DNA of 64,000 bases from an uncultured Saprospiraceae bacterium (GCA_938015435.1 CALLPN010000009.1:15092-79091); one strand, 5' to 3'. Shown: positions 40,274-51,098, counted from the first letter of the stretch. Notes: a model not told the origin generated them from the sequence alone. Translations and numbers: made by a program.

Positions 40274-40484
40274 CTTAGTATGTGAATATAACGATTTTCA
40301 AGATTATATGTTGTTAAAAATTGACGTTCATGAGTTAAGTGTTTGCAAATATTGTGAGATTCAAGAGTTTGCAAAATCAATATTATCAAGAGTATATATG
40401 TATATCTAGAGCGCATATTGTACGATTGCAAACATTAAACTCCTGCTCAAACGCTCTCACTCTAATCTAAAACCAATTATTACC

Positions 40485-40522
40485 AAAAGAGCCAATCAAA
40501 ACATCAGTTTCAATTGGCTCTT
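40485..40522 (-). terminator. Hairpin terminator downstream of the response regulator
   Basis: On the minus strand, AAGAGCCAAT-16 nt-ATTGGCTCTT followed by TTGG. Confidence 0.5.
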
Positions 40523-40546
40523 ATTTTATTTTAGTACTTCATTTTT

Positions 40547-41263
40547 TTAGTATAAAGTGTCTGTACTTTTATCTATTAATCTAAAGCCGTTACCGTGTAT
40601 ATTTACGATTTCGATAGATTTATCTTTAGCAAGATACTTACGGAGCTTAGTTACAAATACATCCATTGAGCGTGCTGTAAAGTAATTATCTTCTCCCCAT
40701 ATCTTCTCCAAAGCTTCTGACCTTGGCAATACTTCGTTCATCTTCATACAAAACATACGTAACAAGTGAGCTTCTTTTGGGGATAGCTTTTCTTGTCCTG
40801 GTTCATCTCCGTTAAAACTTAAGATACGCAATGGATAATTAAAAGAATACTGTCCTACTACAAACTCTGTTTCATCTTCTTTGGGATCCGGAGCCGCTTG
40901 CGATCTGCGAAGGATCGCTTGTAATCTTAGCAATAACTCTTCAGAATTAAAAGGCTTAGTTATATAATCATCCGCTCCAATTTTGAAACCCTGTAGTACA
41001 TCTTCTTTAAGCGTCTTAGCAGTCAAGAATATAATAGGTACATTTTTATCTTTCTCTCTCACCTCTTTGGCTAGTGTAAAACCATCCTTTTTCGGCATCA
41101 TGACATCGAAAATACAAACGTCAAATTCACCTTCAGAAAATTTTTGAAACCCCATTTCACCATCTGTGGCTAATGTGATATCAAAATCATTCATTTCTAA
41201 GTATGACTTTAATACGTCACCAAAATTCTGATCGTCCTCTACTAATAATATCTTTTGACCCAT
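40547..41263 (-). CDS. OmpR-family response regulator (receiver plus winged helix)
   Basis: ILLVEDD...DVMMPKKDGF...KTLKED receiver motifs and a C-terminal trans_reg_C pattern (VHGNGFRL). Confidence 0.9.
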   Translation of the reverse strand: MGQKILLVEDDQNFGDVLKSYLEMNDFDITLATDGEMGFQKFSEGEFDVCIFDVMMPKKDGFTLAKEVREKDKNVPIIFLTAKTLKEDVLQGFKIGADDYITKPFNSEELLLRLQAILRRSQAAPDPKEDETEFVVGQYSFNYPLRILSFNGDEPGQEKLSPKEAHLLRMFCMKMNEVLPRSEALEKIWGEDNYFTARSMDVFVTKLRKYLAKDKSIEIVNIHGNGFRLIDKSTDTLY

Positions 41264-41382
41264 GGCTTTTCTATTTATGCTTTATGCGACCTCTTCCACT
41301 AAATTTGATCGCTTCATTAAAAGTACGAAATAACTAATTAGGTATATACCTTTTAACTAATATATATGATTTGATTAAATTG

Positions 41383-42810
41383 CTAATTAGCCCTTTTCTT
41401 AGATTCTCTTGGCAAAACGACAATAAAACTACTCCCTTTACCTAATTCACTCTGTACAGTTATAGTTCCACCATGCGCGTCTACAATGGCCTTTACATAG
41501 CTTAATCCTAGACCAAATCCCTTGACATCATGCAGATTTCCAGTATGGACTCTATAGAATTTATCAAAAATGTTTTTCTGATTTTCTGACGACATTCCAA
41601 TTCCATTATCCTGAATGGTAATTTTAACGCCACTCCCTTTATCCTCCAAAGTTATATCGATCTCGGGTTTTTCTGGAGAATACTTGTAAGCATTATCTAA
41701 CAAATTGTGGACTAGATTAGATATGTGCGTATGATCAGCCATGATTACTGGTTTATCTGACCTTATGTGTGTATTGACTATTCCTTCTCTACTTTCAACT
41801 AATAAGCTCGTATGCGTCGCAGCTTGATTAACCACTTCAATCATATTTACCGCTGTCCTATTAAGAGTAAAGTCTTTACGGTCCAACACCGCCATCTGGA
41901 GCACCTTTTCTACTTGAGAAAGCATTCGCTTGTTCTCTTGCTTGATAATCCCCAAAAAGCGTTTGATTTTATCTTGGTTTCCTATAATATTAGGATTGAG
42001 AATAGAATCAGAAGCGAGTGAGATCGTAGCAATAGGAGTTTTAAATTCGTGAGTCATATTATTAATGAAATCATTCTTCATCTCTGATACTTTCTTTTGC
42101 CTAACAATTACATTGATAGTATAGACAAAACAGAATAAAATCAGCCCAGTGAACAAAATCGAACTTAATATATTCTTTAATACAGAGTTAATCAGAAATT
42201 GTCCTTTCTCAGGAAAATACAACTTAAGATAACCCGGAATATTCTCACCATCTTCAAATAGTGGAGCTTGGTAATCAGATTTATAGAGGCTCTTATTGCT
42301 TTCCATATCACTCACTTGGCTATTACCCACAGTTACTGCGTGATTACCATTAATTATCAAAAAATCATTTAACTTATTAGAGAAAATACCGTAATCATAA
42401 TCGAGTTCGATTCCTTGTTCATCTAATGCATGCTTGATATAATCATCCAGCTTATTTTTATTAATTTTATCCAAAGATGAGGAAGAACCATATTTACTGC
42501 CCATATATAGATCTAAGCTTCGTCGCTCCCAATCATTGGTATCTGAGTATATTTTTTTTCTTAGATTAAGCTGTTCATCACTTATAAAAGTTGTTTTCTT
42601 AGGCCTATTGACATAAGTAATAATGGGATTATCTTTTATATCGGATTGGATTTTATCCTTAGTACGAGATATAGCTATCTGTACTTTATCATTGAAGTTT
42701 TTTTCAGATAAATCAATAGACCACTTGATCCATACAAACTGAATAATAGATAAGCCTATGAGCGCAGTGCTCATTAGTATTACGATTAACCAAATTGATT
42801 TTTTTCCCAT
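41383..42810 (-). CDS. Sensor histidine kinase (HisKA plus HATPase_c)
   Basis: Two TM segments, the H-box NMTHEFKTPIATI, an N box (LLDNAYKYS) and G boxes (DNGIGM, GFGLGL). Confidence 0.9.
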   Translation of the reverse strand: MGKKSIWLIVILMSTALIGLSIIQFVWIKWSIDLSEKNFNDKVQIAISRTKDKIQSDIKDNPIITYVNRPKKTTFISDEQLNLRKKIYSDTNDWERRSLDLYMGSKYGSSSSLDKINKNKLDDYIKHALDEQGIELDYDYGIFSNKLNDFLIINGNHAVTVGNSQVSDMESNKSLYKSDYQAPLFEDGENIPGYLKLYFPEKGQFLINSVLKNILSSILFTGLILFCFVYTINVIVRQKKVSEMKNDFINNMTHEFKTPIATISLASDSILNPNIIGNQDKIKRFLGIIKQENKRMLSQVEKVLQMAVLDRKDFTLNRTAVNMIEVVNQAATHTSLLVESREGIVNTHIRSDKPVIMADHTHISNLVHNLLDNAYKYSPEKPEIDITLEDKGSGVKITIQDNGIGMSSENQKNIFDKFYRVHTGNLHDVKGFGLGLSYVKAIVDAHGGTITVQSELGKGSSFIVVLPRESKKRAN

Positions 42811-43395
42811 CTTTCAAGATCAAGTTCAAATTTCCAGCCTTTGGCGGAATTCAAGTATCAAGATTAAAACAAAAGCGACGTCTAAATGGATGTTTATCTT
42901 TATTAATCATACTTTCAAGTCACTTCTTCGCCAATTCTTGTTTCTTCTTTTTATTTATAATTATAGTAGCAATAATTTTAATCAACTGTTCTGTTTCATC
43001 AAGTAACTGGTTTAACATGGAACTATTTCCATATTGAGCTTTATTTAAAATTCGTAGATTCACTCTAGACTCCTTTAATTCTTTGATAACAATGGTAGCT
43101 CTACTTATGTAGTCTTTCAAGCTATTTGTTCCTTGAGTTTCTCCGAAATTGAGTACTGAGCTTCCGCTGGACCTTAGGATTTGATTACCATAATAATTTC
43201 CAATGTTATCATTGGGAAGGTCTTTCACAAACTTTATCATCTGGGCGGCATAATCTACCAATCGATCTTCTAAGTCAAACTTTTTTTCCATTCCTTATTT
43301 CAATCTTAATATTTCATAAAGCGCATGCCAAGACTTATTTAATATTGAACTTGACTTCCGCCTTCAGGTCGGAATATTGATACTTGAGCTTGAAC
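42811..43395. mobile_element. Inverted-repeat-flanked cassette carrying a four-helix-bundle (23S rRNA IVS-type) gene
   Basis: 55-bp arms at 42811-42865 and 43341-43395 are ~75% identical in inverted orientation. Each has a TTCCGCC...GG.GGAA core flanked by TTGA[A/T]ACTTGA modules. They bracket the 372-bp ORF. Confidence 0.45.
42920..43291 (-). CDS. Four-helix-bundle protein (23S rRNA intervening-sequence protein family)
   Basis: 123 aa. The pattern FDLEDRLVDYAAQMIKFVKDLP...QILRSSGSSVLNFGE...IVIKELKESRVNLRIL is typical of the TIGR02436/PF05635 family. Confidence 0.8.
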   Translation of the reverse strand: MEKKFDLEDRLVDYAAQMIKFVKDLPNDNIGNYYGNQILRSSGSSVLNFGETQGTNSLKDYISRATIVIKELKESRVNLRILNKAQYGNSSMLNQLLDETEQLIKIIATIIINKKKKQELAKK

Positions 43396-43399
43396 TTTT

Positions 43400-43439
43400 A
43401 CAGTCCAATTCAAACTTAATTAAGTTTGAATTGAACTGT
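43400..43439. repeat. 40-bp palindrome spanning the sprA stop codon
   Basis: ACAGTCCAATTCAAACTTAA/TTAAGTTTGAATTGAACTGT, with 19 of 20 positions complementary. The stop complement TTA is at 43416-43418. Confidence 0.85.
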
Positions 43440-46400
43440 AATTCCTCCTTCCATATTAGTCCTATCAAATGAAGTACGACTATATGGCTTTGTCTTAGAA
43501 TACTCAAAGAAGAAACGCAAATTAAGATTTTCATTCATCTCATAATCGATATATGGATTTATAAATAGTCTCACTTGACCTCTTTGAGGCTGTGCTTCCA
43601 ATTCTTCTTTAAATCTATAGATCCATGTGACATCATCGCTATACGAAAAGTCAAAATTCATAGTAATATTTCTTCCTCTTGAACTTTTCACATTTCCACC
43701 TCTACCTCTTTTTTTCGTTTTACTCTTATCGGTAGTTTGCGGATCTGACTTGTCATCTGTTTCTTGATCTTTTTTCTTTCGCTTACTCTTCTTCTTTTTT
43801 CCAAAGCCTTTGAAATCTTTGATTGTATATGCAAATCCAGCGATGTACTCTGTTCCTAATATTTCCGTGAGATTACCCGCTGCTATTCCTAGATCAAGTC
43901 TTCTACTTTTACGATACTCGAAGTTTAATTCAAGATCAGTCTTCGTCTTGAGATTGATACCTAATACTGGAGCAAATTGCTCGTCGATTGAGATCGTCGG
44001 TACTTCAACACGAGAATAATAATTTCCGTTAGTCTTCAACGTTTGTGTTTGTCCAGGTTCCAAATTATCAATATATTCTGGTTGAGAATTAAATCTATTG
44101 ACTCGTATACTCGATTTGTAGCCATGTGTAAGTGAAAAACTATTTAAGACATCTTTGAATATACTTAGTTTCGATAGACCATCATATTTGATAGTCCAGT
44201 TTGGTTTAGGTATGTAGTTATAGTCTTTTATAGTCTCATCTATTGATGCATTAACATCTATATCGTCTATCGTCTTGTTGGTATATGCACCTAAGAATGC
44301 AGGAATCAAAACACGACTATTATCAGGACCATATCCTAATTTATAATTAGGAAAATCATCACTAAATGGAATTGAGGGATCACCAGGTAATTCATTACTT
44401 ACTTGTTCTCTGAGGTCAATGAAATTTTGGTACAAGTCTCCATTATTTTTAAATAGAGTACTAAGCCCTGAGTATGTCGCCTCAAACGATCCAAAGTCAT
44501 ATCCAGCATTCTGAACAAATTCAATAGGATCTCCAGGATCACTTTTATTCTTAAATACTTCCGTATGAGTCTCTTGATAATCTTTACGGAACGTTACGTC
44601 GATATCAAAATCTTTGAAGGGCTCAATTCCAATCTTCAGATCAAAGTTGTGTCTTCGCATTTGCACGATTTCATCACTAAAATTCTGCGATGAATTGAAA
44701 TAACCATTTACAATATTTCTCTTTAAATAGTTATTGTCGTCATTACTATCCAGATTTGGCTGTATACCTCCAATAAATGCCCAACCTGGAGCTGAAAACC
44801 CTCTACTCATCCCTAGCAAATTAGACTGAGGCATAAATCCTGGAAGGAATGTAGATTGATCTTCTTTATACGAAAACTTAACATCTCTTAAAGCCAACAA
44901 TGGTCTCACTAATATTTTTTCGAGTGTAGATGGACCAGTATCTTCTTTCTTTTTCTTATCATTCTTATCACCTTTTTTCTTGTCATCAGAGGCACCCAAC
45001 GCGTCTTTACTTTTACTTCTAGTCCTACTACGTCCTGCTCTTTTTCTACCTGCTTTACCTTTATCTATTGTCTTAAGGTATGGTATTTTACTATACAACT
45101 TATCAAATGAGAATGTCACATTTCCAGACCTTCCTTGGTTATTAGAAATTGTATTACCTAGAAGTGTCCCAGCTTTATCGATCGTGATCAATGCACCACC
45201 TTCCCATTGATATCCTGCTTTGTAATCAGCCTTCGCCGTAATCCAATCCATACCAGGAATCAATTTAAATGGCAGAGTGTATGTCGCTGTAATATTATGG
45301 TTGTAGTTTTTACTTCTACCGAGATCTCTTAAATTTCTATTACGATATTCGCTGACAAAATTAGGATTGTCGGATACTTGATCATCGTAACTCGTACCAC
45401 TTTCACTAAGAGGGCTCCCTGCTTGATCCACCCATTGTCGATCTGCCGGACTAGTAGAACTAATTCCTATTTGACGGAGTTCATCGACTACAGCAGAAGC
45501 ATTCGCTTTATAGGTAAACTTCAGAGCTTTGGTTAGATTCCAATTTAGCCCGTATCTACGTTCCCATATAAATCTCTGATCATCAAATGTAAATATGGGT
45601 GTATCTGGTAATCTGTAAGTACGCGTAGATTTTTTACGATTAAGCGTTGTTCCAAATGTAACCGCGTTAGGTAGCAAGTTGAAATTAAACTCACTGATCA
45701 ATTTCAATTTCTTATTCTTGATAAACTTGAATGGCTTAATATGTCCGCCTTTACGACTATAGTTATAATCAAGTCCACCGGTATGCTCAGTAATCTTATC
45801 TTCTTCTATAATCGGATCCGTAATCTTAGTTTGAGTATATGCGTAAGATGCACTGACGTTAGATATATCCCAAGGGTAACTCGTCTTTTTATCTTTACTT
45901 TTCACTTTCTTTACATTGGTAAAATTCAATGTCTTGATCGTCGATGTCTCTTTAGATCTCGACTCTACATCTTCTCGAGAAGCTCCTGCGGCGACAGCTT
46001 CGTCGAAAGTTAGATCTTCCGAGTATGCTTCGAATTTTGGAGACTTCACTGATTTACTGTATTGTGCAAAGAAAGGTATCGAAAGACCCATACCATCTGC
46101 TGGCAATAATTTACTAAGTTCCAGGCTCGTAGAAGCATCATAATCCAATTGCGCAAACTGGTTTCGTTCTTCGAGTTTTTGATCTAATCCTCCCCACCCT
46201 TCACTAGTGAAAGTTGTCGCAAAATTAAGCTCTCCAAGGTCGGCCATCTGCATCTGCAATCTCGCCGTTGCTGCGTATCCGATCTGCTCTTTGAACCCTG
46301 CAACACGAAGCTCATTGATCCATACTTTCCCTTTTAATGTCTTAGATGTTATTGTGTCGACATTCACTGCTCCTATTTCGATTTCGCGAACATTAGCAAG

Positions 46401-49400
46401 AGATGGATTACCAACTATACTCAGATTTGGATTCGCAGAACTGAAATATTTATCTCTAAATGGCGCTCCCATTTGATTCCTTTCGATCTTTACATTGGTA
46501 AACTCTTTGAGTTCTAGATCAATAAAATTCTCATCAGGCCATATCAGAGTTTTGTCGTTGGTCACTACTCCTAGTTCTCCAGGAGTTACTTTCATCGGTA
46601 TCTTGTATTCATAATAATTGGTTTCGGAATCGTCTCCTAACCTAATAAAAAGCTCTACATCACCATCTTCAATTTTAGCTCCCATATCACTCGTAAGAGA
46701 TTGAATATGTGAGAACATTTGTAATTTTTCATAAAATGTAAGATTGATCCCTGCTAACTTATTGATTGCAATCTCACAGTTAGGTTCTAGAAGGTCAAAG
46801 GACATTTCCAAACTTTTTTCGTCTTGTCTTAAAGCTGAAAAAGTGTTGAATAATTCTTCTTGCTTAATATTGGGAGGCGTAACATAATTAATAGGCATAT
46901 CTCCACTATTTTCTTCTATTCCTACATCATCCACGCTAAAAATTGTTGTTTCCGATGTATCAACACTACCATCTATTCCCGTCCCTCTACATATAGTAGG
47001 TTGAGCTCTCCATATGTTTCTTACGAGTTCCATTTCCGCCATACGGAAAGTTTTGGCTTTTTCAAATCCCGTCATATAGATCCGCATAAACTGTATAGAT
47101 CTAAAGCCATTGATCTCTCCTACTTTATTAGCTTGATCAGCGACTAATGGAATTTGTACTCTATACCAGGTTTCTAAAGGTCCATTCGGATTGACAACAT
47201 CAAATTCTGACTTGATGTAAGGGTTGCTTTCCCAATCCAATTTTCCACCTAAAGCTGTCTCTTTAATATCTAATGTATATCTCCAATATCCTTCTCCTTG
47301 CTCTAGTGAATTGTTACCATTCATATCCTCTGTATCAGGTAATCTATTACCTCTTACAAACTCTTGTGCACCTGTAGCATTTGAATTATCCGGCAAGTTA
47401 TTTTCCGGATTACTCGCATTTTTAAATCTGGTTAAGAGATCTTGACTGCTTATTTCTGGATCATTAAAAGCCACAAAGTTATCAGCCGCAGGATCCACTG
47501 CTACTGTGTTGGATGCAAAAGCCGCACCGCCTGGCATAGCACTAATAGCATCTATGTAGTCTTTATGTTTTTCTCTTTCACCTTCATCATCAATACCATC
47601 AAAACCCACGTCTTGAATCATTCCATTTTCTCTATCAAAACCCTGAGTCACTGGTGTAATAAGTGGTGCCTGTCCATAGCCAGTCTGCTTTACGGGAACA
47701 TTTTGATTTCCAACAGGAAGGGCATTTTCAAAAAACTGAAGGTTATCTGCTAAAATATCCTCAGACACATTACCAAAATGAAATTCTATGACTCCATCAT
47801 CTCCTGTTGGATCCACTCCATCTGGTCTATCACTAGTATATGGGTTTAGCATCCAGAACTCTATAAATTGATAATTTGATGCTTCGAAATCTGTATTACG
47901 GAAGTTCCGCATTATCCCACCCCATCTCGTCTCTGGATTTTTCAATTCGATATCAGTTTGAGAATCATTGGCCTCGACACCTGCGGAGTGTATCGTTCCT
48001 ATACCATTAACTGAAGGTAGATCATAATTATAAGGTCCTCTTTCACTAGGATAGTAACTCAAATCAAAAGTATTGAGATTACCTTGCCCAGTATTTACAT
48101 CTCTGGCAAAGAGTTCTTTCTGTTGTACCAATCTTGTGTAGGCGTTACTTTGCGCAACTTGATTTTGGTCCAGCGAATACCAGTTGAGCCTAGCTCTATT
48201 GACACTAGATAATCTTCCTTCTGTATCTAGCGCTTCTGATCGAGTAATTGGAGTACTGGCTAGTTTCCATACGTTAGTATTGAAACTACCAATCAGAAAA
48301 CCTGATACTGCACCTTCAAAATCATCTATACTTGCTACTCCGCTATCGTCATTACTATTGAGATTAATCGCATCCGAGTGACCCGGTTTTAACATCGCAC
48401 CTTCTACTGCAAAGTTGATATTCGATGGTTCTTTCGTGGAGTAAAATGGCAGTTTATCAACCAAGCTTGTTAACCAAGGCGCTTCATTGGAATACTCCAT
48501 ATCTATTCCGAATACTCTATTATTAATCGGATCGTTACCGACGTTTATCTTCTGAGTAAATGGACGTTCAAATAGTCTTAGGTATGTCGCACCAATATTG
48601 AAATTGTCGCTAAATTCGTATTCGGCTCGTAAACCCAACATGGTTTTTTGCTGTAAGCTAAATACTGTATTATCTTCGAAAGAAACATTGATAGGTGTAC
48701 CTTGAGAAAGGTAAGCTTCATTGATTATTCTGAGACGACCTAATGAATAGTCAATCTCATAATCTCTACCTTCTTGGAGTCGTACTCCACCCGCAGATAC
48801 TCTTACAGATCCTTCAGGTACAAACGGGCCTAATGAGATCTCACCACTAACGGCAGACTTCACTTTACCTTTCATTATAAACCTGTTCTGAGCACCAGAA
48901 TTATACCTAGCTATCGTAGCTGATGTATCATACATCTGTTGATACGCATATTCCTTAAACAATTCTGTATCTAGGACACCAGCATCAGAAGTAAAAGCCT
49001 TTTTCAGAGAATTACCGAATGGCTCTAATACTGGAAATATAATGGTTCCATTACGAGGGTTTACTGTAACCCCTTCTACAAAATCGAAAATCCCATCTTG
49101 TTGCGGATCGTTATATTGATTGAGTCTATCCAATCCAAACATCTCTAAGAGAGTTTGATCTCTGAATCCTTCTTCGGGTAAAAACTTCTTTGGTGCTCCA
49201 TCTTCTGGATCATCATAGAAAATATCAAATTCAAAATCCTCTTTATTGAGTTGATTCGTTCTTAGGGAATAGACGTTTTTCATCATCAAATCCCACATTG
49301 GTGAACTTGTACTCGCAGTTGATGACTTGAGTAGTTTTACGAAAAACAACTTAGGCGCTATTACAGTATCTTGTTCAGGCGGATCTGGATTAGGATTGGG

Positions 49401-50984
49401 ATTGGGATTATTATCGAGATCTGCATAACTTGTAGACTCACTCCCTTCATTGGCTAACTCCCCTACATGAAATACGGTATCACATATGGATGTGTAGAAG
49501 TAATCATAAGCAACACCTAATTTTTGATCTGGTCTCAATCTTATATTTAGCGAAATCATTCCTAATTGCTCATGATAAGTAAACTCACTAGATGTAAGTT
49601 TTCGAGCTTGAAAAGTCTCAAAATCACGAATTGCGACCATATCAAATTCGTCACGTAAGACAGACGCTGTAAGGTCTTGTTGCTTAACCCTTTCGTTGTT
49701 TTTTATATCCTCATAGATGTTATTAGAACGATTATCTGGCAGAAGTCTATCATTTAGATCGTTAAATCCACTCAATTGAGTAGGTGATTTAGGTCTTTGA
49801 TCTGGGTTGGTAAAGTGGATTGCATCTGGCTCGGCTAGATCGGCGATGGCTGCAATCTTAGTAAAATCATTGTTACTACTTCCTCCACCATTGGATTGAC
49901 CTTCTGTAGATATCCATACTTCTATATTAGATATTCGGAATGAAGAATTGATAAATGGGAGATTTTTCAATGCTTCTTCGTAACTATCTCTATGATAGTG
50001 AGATAAAAAGAAGTGTCTATTCTCATCATATTCTGCTGGCTTCACCTCAAACTCTGTGACACTAGCTCCGTTTTCTATTTTGAGATTACTCTGCTTACTC
50101 TTTTGTTGAGAGGCCAATGCCGTCACTTTAAGGTGTCCAAACTGTAGTTCCGTCTTTAGACCGAAAAGAGATTGAGCCCCCTGAATCAGAGAGCTCTTAA
50201 GTGGCATAGATACATTTCCTGCTTCTATTTTCTTGATGATATCGTCGTCAGAAAAAGCTGCGCTATCATATTCTAATTTTATTTTCCTATCAAAATCGAA
50301 GGTCGATTGCGTATCATAGTTAAAACCTAAATTCAGTTTTTCTCCTATGCTACCATCCACATTCATTCGGATCGCCATATCGAAATCAAATCCTACCCTT
50401 CGTCTTTGTGCTTGTGTGATCGTTTCATCATTGCTGTTTTGATAATCAAATCCAAATGAAAGATCTACATTTCCTTGCGGTTGAATGGTAACTTCTGTAC
50501 CTCCAAACAATCTATCTATCAAGCTACTTCCAATATCGATCCTATCCATCGGATCTACTATAAGTTTATCACCTTTACCTTTTCCTGTATTGAGCCCTGC
50601 CAGTTCGCTGAAATAATCGCGTTCCTGTTTCTTCTTATTCCATTCCATATACTCTGCGAAAGTCATATAGCTAGGAGTACGATAGTACTCATCTCCTATT
50701 TTCTCTAATATGATATAGTTTCCAGTCGCAGGATCATACTCCACTTCCTGAGTAACTATAGATGGCTTAATGTCAAATGGATTGTAGTAATCGTCATCTG
50801 TCCAAGATCCATCGCTATCCTTGATCGGTATCGTATCTGTTACAGCAACAGTCACAGGTATCGCCATTGCGATATCGTCTGAGTATGGGTCAGGTAGTCT
50901 AAAGCCTCCATGATCTGCGGTACTCATTTGTACCAAGACTATGGATAGAAAAACGACTGAGCTTAAATATTTTAAAAATCTCAT
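43416..50984 (-). CDS. sprA: SprA, T9SS outer-membrane translocon
   Basis: About 2520 aa with a signal peptide. It has the giant beta-barrel composition and N-terminal pattern typical of cell surface protein SprA, and it lies next to ruvA. ATG 50984 is preferred over TTG 51002. Confidence 0.9.
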   Translation of the reverse strand: MRFLKYLSSVVFLSIVLVQMSTADHGGFRLPDPYSDDIAMAIPVTVAVTDTIPIKDSDGSWTDDDYYNPFDIKPSIVTQEVEYDPATGNYIILEKIGDEYYRTPSYMTFAEYMEWNKKKQERDYFSELAGLNTGKGKGDKLIVDPMDRIDIGSSLIDRLFGGTEVTIQPQGNVDLSFGFDYQNSNDETITQAQRRRVGFDFDMAIRMNVDGSIGEKLNLGFNYDTQSTFDFDRKIKLEYDSAAFSDDDIIKKIEAGNVSMPLKSSLIQGAQSLFGLKTELQFGHLKVTALASQQKSKQSNLKIENGASVTEFEVKPAEYDENRHFFLSHYHRDSYEEALKNLPFINSSFRISNIEVWISTEGQSNGGGSSNNDFTKIAAIADLAEPDAIHFTNPDQRPKSPTQLSGFNDLNDRLLPDNRSNNIYEDIKNNERVKQQDLTASVLRDEFDMVAIRDFETFQARKLTSSEFTYHEQLGMISLNIRLRPDQKLGVAYDYFYTSICDTVFHVGELANEGSESTSYADLDNNPNPNPNPDPPEQDTVIAPKLFFVKLLKSSTASTSSPMWDLMMKNVYSLRTNQLNKEDFEFDIFYDDPEDGAPKKFLPEEGFRDQTLLEMFGLDRLNQYNDPQQDGIFDFVEGVTVNPRNGTIIFPVLEPFGNSLKKAFTSDAGVLDTELFKEYAYQQMYDTSATIARYNSGAQNRFIMKGKVKSAVSGEISLGPFVPEGSVRVSAGGVRLQEGRDYEIDYSLGRLRIINEAYLSQGTPINVSFEDNTVFSLQQKTMLGLRAEYEFSDNFNIGATYLRLFERPFTQKINVGNDPINNRVFGIDMEYSNEAPWLTSLVDKLPFYSTKEPSNINFAVEGAMLKPGHSDAINLNSNDDSGVASIDDFEGAVSGFLIGSFNTNVWKLASTPITRSEALDTEGRLSSVNRARLNWYSLDQNQVAQSNAYTRLVQQKELFARDVNTGQGNLNTFDLSYYPSERGPYNYDLPSVNGIGTIHSAGVEANDSQTDIELKNPETRWGGIMRNFRNTDFEASNYQFIEFWMLNPYTSDRPDGVDPTGDDGVIEFHFGNVSEDILADNLQFFENALPVGNQNVPVKQTGYGQAPLITPVTQGFDRENGMIQDVGFDGIDDEGEREKHKDYIDAISAMPGGAAFASNTVAVDPAADNFVAFNDPEISSQDLLTRFKNASNPENNLPDNSNATGAQEFVRGNRLPDTEDMNGNNSLEQGEGYWRYTLDIKETALGGKLDWESNPYIKSEFDVVNPNGPLETWYRVQIPLVADQANKVGEINGFRSIQFMRIYMTGFEKAKTFRMAEMELVRNIWRAQPTICRGTGIDGSVDTSETTIFSVDDVGIEENSGDMPINYVTPPNIKQEELFNTFSALRQDEKSLEMSFDLLEPNCEIAINKLAGINLTFYEKLQMFSHIQSLTSDMGAKIEDGDVELFIRLGDDSETNYYEYKIPMKVTPGELGVVTNDKTLIWPDENFIDLELKEFTNVKIERNQMGAPFRDKYFSSANPNLSIVGNPSLANVREIEIGAVNVDTITSKTLKGKVWINELRVAGFKEQIGYAATARLQMQMADLGELNFATTFTSEGWGGLDQKLEERNQFAQLDYDASTSLELSKLLPADGMGLSIPFFAQYSKSVKSPKFEAYSEDLTFDEAVAAGASREDVESRSKETSTIKTLNFTNVKKVKSKDKKTSYPWDISNVSASYAYTQTKITDPIIEEDKITEHTGGLDYNYSRKGGHIKPFKFIKNKKLKLISEFNFNLLPNAVTFGTTLNRKKSTRTYRLPDTPIFTFDDQRFIWERRYGLNWNLTKALKFTYKANASAVVDELRQIGISSTSPADRQWVDQAGSPLSESGTSYDDQVSDNPNFVSEYRNRNLRDLGRSKNYNHNITATYTLPFKLIPGMDWITAKADYKAGYQWEGGALITIDKAGTLLGNTISNNQGRSGNVTFSFDKLYSKIPYLKTIDKGKAGRKRAGRSRTRSKSKDALGASDDKKKGDKNDKKKKEDTGPSTLEKILVRPLLALRDVKFSYKEDQSTFLPGFMPQSNLLGMSRGFSAPGWAFIGGIQPNLDSNDDNNYLKRNIVNGYFNSSQNFSDEIVQMRRHNFDLKIGIEPFKDFDIDVTFRKDYQETHTEVFKNKSDPGDPIEFVQNAGYDFGSFEATYSGLSTLFKNNGDLYQNFIDLREQVSNELPGDPSIPFSDDFPNYKLGYGPDNSRVLIPAFLGAYTNKTIDDIDVNASIDETIKDYNYIPKPNWTIKYDGLSKLSIFKDVLNSFSLTHGYKSSIRVNRFNSQPEYIDNLEPGQTQTLKTNGNYYSRVEVPTISIDEQFAPVLGINLKTKTDLELNFEYRKSRRLDLGIAAGNLTEILGTEYIAGFAYTIKDFKGFGKKKKSKRKKKDQETDDKSDPQTTDKSKTKKRGRGGNVKSSRGRNITMNFDFSYSDDVTWIYRFKEELEAQPQRGQVRLFINPYIDYEMNENLNLRFFFEYSKTKPYSRTSFDRTNMEGGITVQFKLN

Positions 50985-51098
50985 ATATAAGTTAAAGGTC
51001 AATAAGTTGTTAGGTGTCTAAATATGGGCACCTTACATCAAAACATTCATTAATAACGATACTGAAAAACAATTCAGTATATCAAAATGAAGAATAAA

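Noticed and set aside
42758-43037. Plus-strand ORFs 42758-43006 and 42795-43037
   Set aside because: They overlap the histidine-kinase N-terminus, the cassette arm and the four-helix-bundle gene on the opposite strand. The peptides are low-complexity and Phe/Ile-rich.
51059-51080. ATACTGAA-N6-TTCAGTAT hairpin between ruvA and sprA as a terminator
   Set aside because: The stem is only 8 bp, AT-rich, and has no U-tract on the sense strand. It is too weak to call.
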